From NCBI GenBank assembly GCA_033763015.1, contig JANRLA010000128.1:1562-65561 (forward strand): 64,000 bases of DNA, written 5' to 3'. Shown here one piece after another: positions 58,819-64,000 of this stretch; positions within the stretch are counted from its first letter, which is position 1, and every line of letters starts with the position of its first letter. Below the pieces are notes generated by a model. The model was not told the origin of the DNA. It did no database searches and saw only the letters and a program-made list of their open reading frames with translations. The position numbers and the translations under genes were made by a program. The stretch comes from Bacteroidia bacterium (GTDB lineage: Bacteria > Bacteroidota > Bacteroidia > J057 > JANRLA01).

Positions 58819-59439
58819 GTGACCACCGACGTAGAAACCTATTTCGCCCAGGGCTGCGGGCGCTGCCCACGCGGGGGTACTCCAGGGTGCAAAGTCCACA
58901 CCTGGGCAGAGGCGCTAGTGGCACTACGTCAGGTTGTGCTGGCTTCGGGTTTGGAAGAAACCTGCAAATGGGGTGTGCCGACGTACACCTACGCTGAGAA
59001 AAACGTTGCTCAGATTGCTTGCTTCAACGACTACGCAAGTCTGAATTTTTTCAAAGGGGTTTTGCTCGACGACCCCACGGGCCTATTGGTAGCCCCTGGC
59101 CCCAACTCAAAGTCCGACCGCATTGTGCGCATTACCCAATCCGGCCAGGTTGAACGGCTAGCACCGGCCGTGCAGCAGCTTCTGGCGGGTGCTATCGCGC
59201 TGGAGAGAACAGGCCGTCGGGTAGAGCCAGAGGGCCCTGAGGAACTGACCTTCCCGCCAGAGCTTCTCGAGAAGTTTACTGCCGACCCTGGCTTCGAACA
59301 GGCGTTTAGGTCCTTGACCCCAGGCCGTCAGCGTGGGTATACCCTACATTTTGCCGCCCCCAAGCAGGCCAAAACCCGCCTGAGCCGCATCGAAGCCAGT
59401 GTGCCGAAGATTCTGGCGGGCAAAGGCCTGCACGACTAA
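58819..59439 (+). CDS. YdeI/DUF1801-like protein
   Basis: C-terminal LTPGRQRGYTLHFAAPKQAKTRLSRIE is typical of the YdeI/OmpD-associated family. GTG start. Confidence 0.55.
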   Translation: MTTDVETYFAQGCGRCPRGGTPGCKVHTWAEALVALRQVVLASGLEETCKWGVPTYTYAEKNVAQIACFNDYASLNFFKGVLLDDPTGLLVAPGPNSKSDRIVRITQSGQVERLAPAVQQLLAGAIALERTGRRVEPEGPEELTFPPELLEKFTADPGFEQAFRSLTPGRQRGYTLHFAAPKQAKTRLSRIEASVPKILAGKGLHD

Positions 59440-59456
59440 CTCAGCCGTGGTTGCAA

Positions 59457-60353
59457 CTAGTAGGTTTTGGTCATGCGGTCGGGTACCACGACGATGAAGT
59501 CGGCCTGGCCCTGGGCAGCGGCAGTAAGGCTCTCCAGGTGGTGCTGCTCTACGCACACCACGGTAACCACCCGCAGGAAGGGCGCGTAGCGGCCTAAGTA
59601 CCCTGCAATGCCATCGGCATGGGCGTTTTGCCCGCTGTGGTCCTGTACGTGGTAGGCGCCGGCGGTGTGCACCACAGGCACCCCTGCGCGGTGAAACCGT
59701 GCAATGCGCCAGGCCATGACGGCATCTTTCAGGGCCTGGGCCTCGACCAGGAAGGTGGCGCTCGCGGTGCCCCCGTGCCCGGCCATCATGGCGCGCATCT
59801 TGGCATAGCCGGGCAGGGCGGTGTCTACGGGGAGCGGTAGGGGCGGCCAGGCGGGGCCACGCAGGGCAAGGCTGGCCACGCCGTTCCGGCCAGCTTTGCG
59901 GGCGCTGTCGCGGGGCACGTTGGCGGCCAGTGCCCGAAACGAGTGCTCGAAGGCGAACTCGAGCATGGGCCGGTAGTCGGTGGCGTAATTGGGCCACACG
60001 CGCTGGGTGCGCTCAAAGTCTTGGAACGATAGGTCGCCGCCCAGCAGGCTATCCAGCGCGGGCTGCTGGTCGGCTTCGAACTGCTCGAAGCTCATGTCTA
60101 CGGCCAGGGTGCGTTTGAACAGGTCGTGCACGAGCTCGAGGTTGAGCCAGTGGTCCAGGGCGCCGTTGTGGCGTTCGCCAAAGAGCACGACGTCGGCCTT
60201 TTTGGCAGCGGCAAGGATGTCGGAGTAGTGGGCTGGGGTGCCCTCGGCGGTATAGATGCGGTAGGCGGGTTTGTCCCACCCCCCTTGAGCAAACCCGTGT
60301 AGTATGCCCAGTAGCAGTACCAGGCAGCTGAGTGCAATCCGTTTCATGGCCAC
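59457..60353 (-). CDS. ChaN-like haem-binding lipoprotein family protein
   Basis: Signal peptide. ADVVLFGERHNGALDHWL is typical of the ChaN/Cofac_haem_bdg family. Confidence 0.7.
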   Translation of the reverse strand: MAMKRIALSCLVLLLGILHGFAQGGWDKPAYRIYTAEGTPAHYSDILAAAKKADVVLFGERHNGALDHWLNLELVHDLFKRTLAVDMSFEQFEADQQPALDSLLGGDLSFQDFERTQRVWPNYATDYRPMLEFAFEHSFRALAANVPRDSARKAGRNGVASLALRGPAWPPLPLPVDTALPGYAKMRAMMAGHGGTASATFLVEAQALKDAVMAWRIARFHRAGVPVVHTAGAYHVQDHSGQNAHADGIAGYLGRYAPFLRVVTVVCVEQHHLESLTAAAQGQADFIVVVPDRMTKTY

Positions 60354-60439
60354 GAAGTACGGTAGGGCCTTGGATATGCCAGAGGCAATTTCTAGATTTG
60401 TAGCCCCAAAACCTGAACACTAACACCTACTCACTACGC

Positions 60440-60634
60440 ATGATCATCGTAGAAGTAAAAGAAGGCGAATCGCTCGACCGCGCCCTGCGGCGCTACAAGA
60501 AGAAATTCGAGCGTCTGGGTATCTTGAAAGAGATCCGCTACCGGTCGCACTTTACGACCCCCAGCGAATCGCGCCGTGAAACGGTCAAGAAGGCCCAGCG
60601 TCGCCAGCGCTACAACGACGCACAAAACGTCTAG
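60440..60634 (+). CDS. rpsU: 30S ribosomal protein S21
   Basis: MIIVEVKEGESLDRALRRYKKKFERLGILKEIR..., 64 aa. Confidence 0.93.
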   Translation: MIIVEVKEGESLDRALRRYKKKFERLGILKEIRYRSHFTTPSESRRETVKKAQRRQRYNDAQNV

Positions 60635-60725
60635 CGCCCGTTACCAGTAGGTGCGCACACCTATCCGCCCAGCCGTGGCGTGGGGTGTGCAGGTTTCAAA
60701 ACCGACTTTCGAACCAGATTTGCCG

Positions 60726-60754
60726 ACCTTGTCAGACCACTGACAAGGTTTTTT
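60726..60754 (+). terminator. Intrinsic terminator after rpsU
   Basis: ACCTTGTCAG-acca-CTGACAAGGTTTTTT, a 10-bp stem plus T-run. It lies inside the 5' part of the ORF-track recombinase ORF, which argues for the later GTG start. Confidence 0.8.
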
Positions 60755-60757
60755 GTT

Positions 60758-61669
60758 GTGCCCCCCGCCCCTCACGAGGTACCCGATCGGCTCCGGGCGT
60801 TTGCGGTCTACCTGCGCACCCAGCGGCGCTACAGCCCAGCTACCGAAGCTGCCTACACCACCGACCTACGCCAGCTTGCGGCTCACCTCAGCGCCTACGA
60901 GGCGTTCGACCTCTGGGGCGAGCCAGCACCCTCGCTAGCGCAACTGCGCGGCTGGGTCGTGGGCCTGGCCTGTAGCCGCACCAGCTTGGCGCGCAAGGTG
61001 GCCGCTGTGCGGGCGTACTTCCGCTGGCGGGTAACCTCCGGGGAGCTCGACAAAAGCCCCGCCGACGGGCTGCGTGTGCCCAAGCCTGGCCGCCGGCTAC
61101 CCACCTGGGTGCCCGAAACCGCCCTTGGGCCTCTGCTCGATGGCCTGGCGCTAGCCGATGACTTTGAGGGCATCCGCGATCGGCTGCTGCTCGAGCTGCT
61201 CTACGGCTGTGGCCTGCGCCGCGCCGAAGTGCTGGGCCTCACCTGGGCCACCACCGACCGCACCAGCCGCACCCTGCAGGTGCTGGGCAAAGGCAAAAAG
61301 GAGCGTATCGTGCCCCTGGGCCCCCCTGTGCTGAAGGCCCTGGCGGCGTATGAGGCCGCGTTTCGTGCCCAGGGCTGGCTGCCCGAGGGCCCACTGCTGC
61401 GCACCGCAAAGGGCGCACCGGCCTCGGCTACGCTGGTGGGTCGGCGGGTAAAGGCCTACCTCAGCCAGGTGCCGGGCCTGGCCAAAGCCAGCCCCCACGT
61501 GCTGCGCCATTCGTTTGCCACGCACCTGGTAGAGCACGGGGCCAACCTACAGGCCGTAAAAGAGCTGCTGGGCCACAACTCGTTGGCTGCTACCCAGTTG
61601 TACACACACAGCAGCCTTGAGCGGCTGAAAACTGCGCACAAAAAAGCCCATCCGAAGGCCGAAGGGTAA
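60758..61669 (+). CDS. Tyrosine recombinase XerC/XerD family
   Basis: GTG 60758 follows the terminator. Catalytic residues in GLRRAEVLGL, HVLRHSFATHL, LGHNSLAATQLYTH. Conserved position between rpsU and hpf. Confidence 0.85.
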   Translation: MPPAPHEVPDRLRAFAVYLRTQRRYSPATEAAYTTDLRQLAAHLSAYEAFDLWGEPAPSLAQLRGWVVGLACSRTSLARKVAAVRAYFRWRVTSGELDKSPADGLRVPKPGRRLPTWVPETALGPLLDGLALADDFEGIRDRLLLELLYGCGLRRAEVLGLTWATTDRTSRTLQVLGKGKKERIVPLGPPVLKALAAYEAAFRAQGWLPEGPLLRTAKGAPASATLVGRRVKAYLSQVPGLAKASPHVLRHSFATHLVEHGANLQAVKELLGHNSLAATQLYTHSSLERLKTAHKKAHPKAEG

Positions 61670-61717
61670 ACGGTTTTTTTGTAGTTTGTGTAGACCACTT
61701 AATCCCTGTAGTACGCC

Positions 61718-62020
61718 ATGAACGTTACCATTCAGTCGATTCACTTCGATGCCGATCGCCGCCTGATTGGCTTCATTGAGAGCAAATGCCAAAAGCTCGC
61801 GCAGTTCTTCGAGAACGTGGTGGATGTGCAGGTGTACCTCCGCTTGGAGAAGAACAAGTCGATTGGCAACAAAGTGGTCGAGATCAAAGCCCTGGTACCG
61901 GGCAGCAGCCTGGTGGCCACCGAGCAGTGCCCCTCGTTTGAAGAGGCAACCGATAAAGCCGTAGAACAGGTACGGCGGCAACTGCTCAAGTACAAAGAGC
62001 GCCAGTCGGCGGCGGCTTAA
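61718..62020 (+). CDS. hpf: Ribosome hibernation promoting factor (short HPF/RaiA)
   Basis: MNVTIQSIHFDADRRLIGFIESKCQKL...EATDKAVEQVRRQLLKYKER, 100 aa. Confidence 0.88.
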   Translation: MNVTIQSIHFDADRRLIGFIESKCQKLAQFFENVVDVQVYLRLEKNKSIGNKVVEIKALVPGSSLVATEQCPSFEEATDKAVEQVRRQLLKYKERQSAAA

Positions 62021-63297
62021 CCCAGCCGCTCGAACCCCAGGTAGGTGTGCAGCGCCTTGGGCAGGCCGACGGTGCCATCGGCGGCCTGCCCGTTTTCAAG
62101 TAGTGCAGCCACAATGCGGGGTAGGGCCAGGGCACTGCCGTTGAGGGTGTGCAGGATACGCGTTTTCTTTTCGCCCTGGGGCCGGTAGCGCAGTTTGAGC
62201 CGCTCGGCCTGGAAGGTAAGGAAGTTGGACACCGAGCTGACCTCCAGCCACCGCTCCTGCGCGGCGCTGTACACCTCAAGGTCTACGGTCTTGGCCGAAG
62301 CAAAGCTCATGTCGCCGGTGCAGAGCAGCAGCGCCCGGTAGGGCAGCTCCAGCGCGTCGAGCAGGCTGTACACGTGGGCCAACATGGCCTCGTGGCGCTC
62401 GGCCGAGCGTTCGGGCTCGACGACTTCGACGATTTCAACCTTGTCGAACTGGTGGAGCCGGTTTAGGCCCCGTACGTGCGCCCCGTACGACCCCGCCTCA
62501 CGCCGGAAGCACGGGGTGTAGCCACACATGCGCACGGGTAGTGCGGCCGGGTCTAAAATCTCGTCGCGCAGCAGGTTCGTGAGCGGTACCTCGGCGGTGG
62601 GGATGAGGTAGAGCCCGTCTTTCTCGATGTAGTACATCTGCCCCTCTTTGTCGGGCAATTGGCCTGTACCAAAGCCCGAGGCCTCGTTTACCACGAGTGG
62701 CGGCTGGTACTCGGTGTACCCCGCGGCCACGGCCCGGTCGAGGAAAAACTGGATAAGCCCCCGCTGCAGCCGCGCACCCTGGTGGGTGTACACCGGGAAG
62801 CCGGCACCCGTGATTTTCACGCCCAGTTCAAAGTCAATGAGCTGCAGGCGTTTGGCAATCTCCCAGTGGGGCTCAGCGCCGGGGGGCAGGGTAGGGCGGG
62901 GCCCGCGCTCGAAGAGCACGGTGTTGTCGTCGGCGGTTTTGCCCAGCGGCACCTCGGGCAGGGGCACGTTGGGCAGTTGGACGAGTTGCCCCTGCAGGCG
63001 GGCTTCTACGGCCTCAAGTGTTTCTTCGTAGGCCTTGAGCTCAAGTTTCAACTCGGCGGTTTTGGCCTTAAGCTGGTCGGCTTGGGCCGTGGCACCGGCC
63101 TTCATCTGCGCCCCGATCTCGCTGGCCAGTTGGTTCAGGGTCTGCTTGAGTTCGTCGGTGGCTTGGATGGCCGCTCGGCGCTCGGCGTCGGCGGCCAGCA
63201 CGTCGGCGACCAACGCTTCGGCCATGGCCAGGCCTTTGGCGCGGGCGCCAGCTACTACGGTTTCGGGGTTTTCGCGCAGGTACGCCAGATTCAACAT
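62017..63297 (-). CDS. serS: Seryl-tRNA synthetase
   Basis: N-terminal coiled-coil arm. Class II motifs GYTPCFRREAGS, FDKVE, LNGSALALPR. Confidence 0.95.
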   Translation of the reverse strand: MLNLAYLRENPETVVAGARAKGLAMAEALVADVLAADAERRAAIQATDELKQTLNQLASEIGAQMKAGATAQADQLKAKTAELKLELKAYEETLEAVEARLQGQLVQLPNVPLPEVPLGKTADDNTVLFERGPRPTLPPGAEPHWEIAKRLQLIDFELGVKITGAGFPVYTHQGARLQRGLIQFFLDRAVAAGYTEYQPPLVVNEASGFGTGQLPDKEGQMYYIEKDGLYLIPTAEVPLTNLLRDEILDPAALPVRMCGYTPCFRREAGSYGAHVRGLNRLHQFDKVEIVEVVEPERSAERHEAMLAHVYSLLDALELPYRALLLCTGDMSFASAKTVDLEVYSAAQERWLEVSSVSNFLTFQAERLKLRYRPQGEKKTRILHTLNGSALALPRIVAALLENGQAADGTVGLPKALHTYLGFERLG

Positions 63298-63579
63298 GGT
63301 ACGGTGGGCTGAGGCTGCGAAAAACGGAAAATTTTTGCCTGCCCAGGGTGGTCGGCGTACAACCGCCCGTGTGTTACCTTTACCGCTGTGGTAGTACAGG
63401 TGCTGATGCCTGACTGCCCCATTGCTGTAGCACGCAGGCCTACAGGCCTGTACGCTGGATCCGGTGTGGCGGTAGAATCGCCCCTCCTTTTCTCAACTAA
63501 CTAAACTGACAGCAGCCACTGGGCCCCGCCCAGCGGGATGGAACAATTCCGTAGCGCTGCACACTCTGCACCCCCCTGT

Positions 63580-64000
63580 ATGGAGCTAACCACACTGCTC
63601 GTGAGCGAATTGCGCGATTTGGCGCGCACGCTCAACATTGAAAACGCAAACGAGCTTAAAAAGCAAGAACTCATCGAGCTCATCGAAGCCGCCCGCGCCG
63701 GTGCCGGCACGGGCACTGGCAACGGCAACGGCCACCCCGAAGCCCCCACCACTACCCCCGAAGCCGAGACCGACGACCCGCGGCTACCCCGCAAGCGCAA
63801 CCGACGCACCCAGGCCGTCTTAGAAAGCGCCGCCGAAGAGCTCACCCCCACCGCCGAGGCCGACGATAGCCCTGCCGAAGTGCTGCCCACGGCCGAAGTT
63901 GACGACGAACCCAACCCCCTGGCCGACGACCCCAATAACAAGCGCCGCCGCCGCCGCAGTGTCGTGAAACTGGGCCCCGAGGCCACACCGCCCCAGGCCC
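63580..64000 (+). CDS. rho: Transcription termination factor Rho, N-terminal part (3' end outside window)
   Basis: This ORF has no stop in the window, so it is absent from the ORF track. MELTTLLVSELRDLARTLNIENANELKKQELIELIEAA is a Rho_N helix bundle, followed by a low-complexity insertion. An alternative in-frame ATG lies at 63538. Confidence 0.75.
   Translation, partial: MELTTLLVSELRDLARTLNIENANELKKQELIELIEAARAGAGTGTGNGNGHPEAPTTTPEAETDDPRLPRKRNRRTQAVLESAAEELTPTAEADDSPAEVLPTAEVDDEPNPLADDPNNKRRRRRSVVKLGPEATPPQA

Noticed and set aside
60758-61669. Tyrosine recombinase as a marker of an integrated mobile element
   Set aside because: It sits in the rpsU-recombinase-hpf arrangement that I recognise as conserved housekeeping synteny in Bacteroidota. 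There is no compositional shift, no flanking repeats and no cargo genes, so a Xer-type chromosomal recombinase is more likely.
63690-64000. Low-complexity G/T/N/P/E/A/D-rich then Arg-rich region after the Rho N-terminal helix bundle
   Set aside because: Large disordered N-terminal insertions are a known feature of Rho in Bacteroidota and other phyla, so this is not evidence of a novel element.

Overview
High-GC (about 65-75% G+C by hand counts of sample lines) chromosomal segment with Bacteroidota-type gene content: rpsU-recombinase-hpf synteny, DUF2851/DUF2911/DUF4197-like proteins, a BatA-type vWA protein and a Sec-type (clade II) nosZ. Positions 1-10.9 kb hold a clade II nitrous-oxide reductase cluster (Crp/Fnr regulator, cytochrome c, nosZ, nosB-like, nosL, nosD, nosF, nosY). 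It is flanked by a fasciclin lipoprotein gene, a polytopic membrane protein gene and a convergent cupin/truncated-haemoglobin pair. Four intergenic FNR-like palindromes (core TGAT-N4-ATCA) sit in front of these units. Positions 11.1-17.9 kb hold a type I-C CRISPR-Cas interference module (cas3-cas5-cas8c-cas7) followed after only 35 bp by a 17-repeat array. No cas4/cas1/cas2 and no leader are present, and the far end of the array abuts a 3' fragment of an alpha/beta-hydrolase gene. The rest is mostly housekeeping: rpe, clpB, mfd, nth, engB, uvrA, rpsU, hpf, serS, start of rho, cell-envelope genes. Four items stand out. (1) A ~1-kb island of ~25-30% G+C carries a single orphan 235-aa ORF and ends 10 bp from the mfd stop codon. 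(2) The composition switch lies inside the last ~18 codons of mfd. (3) A signal-peptide-bearing WD40-caspase protein sits next to a TPR-like/WG-repeat protein. (4) A uvrA gene is interrupted by an in-frame TAG at the conserved Glu codon of the C-terminal ABC domain. My best candidates for something undescribed are the AT-rich orphan gene and the adaptation-less I-C locus. Function of the orphan gene cannot be inferred from sequence alone.
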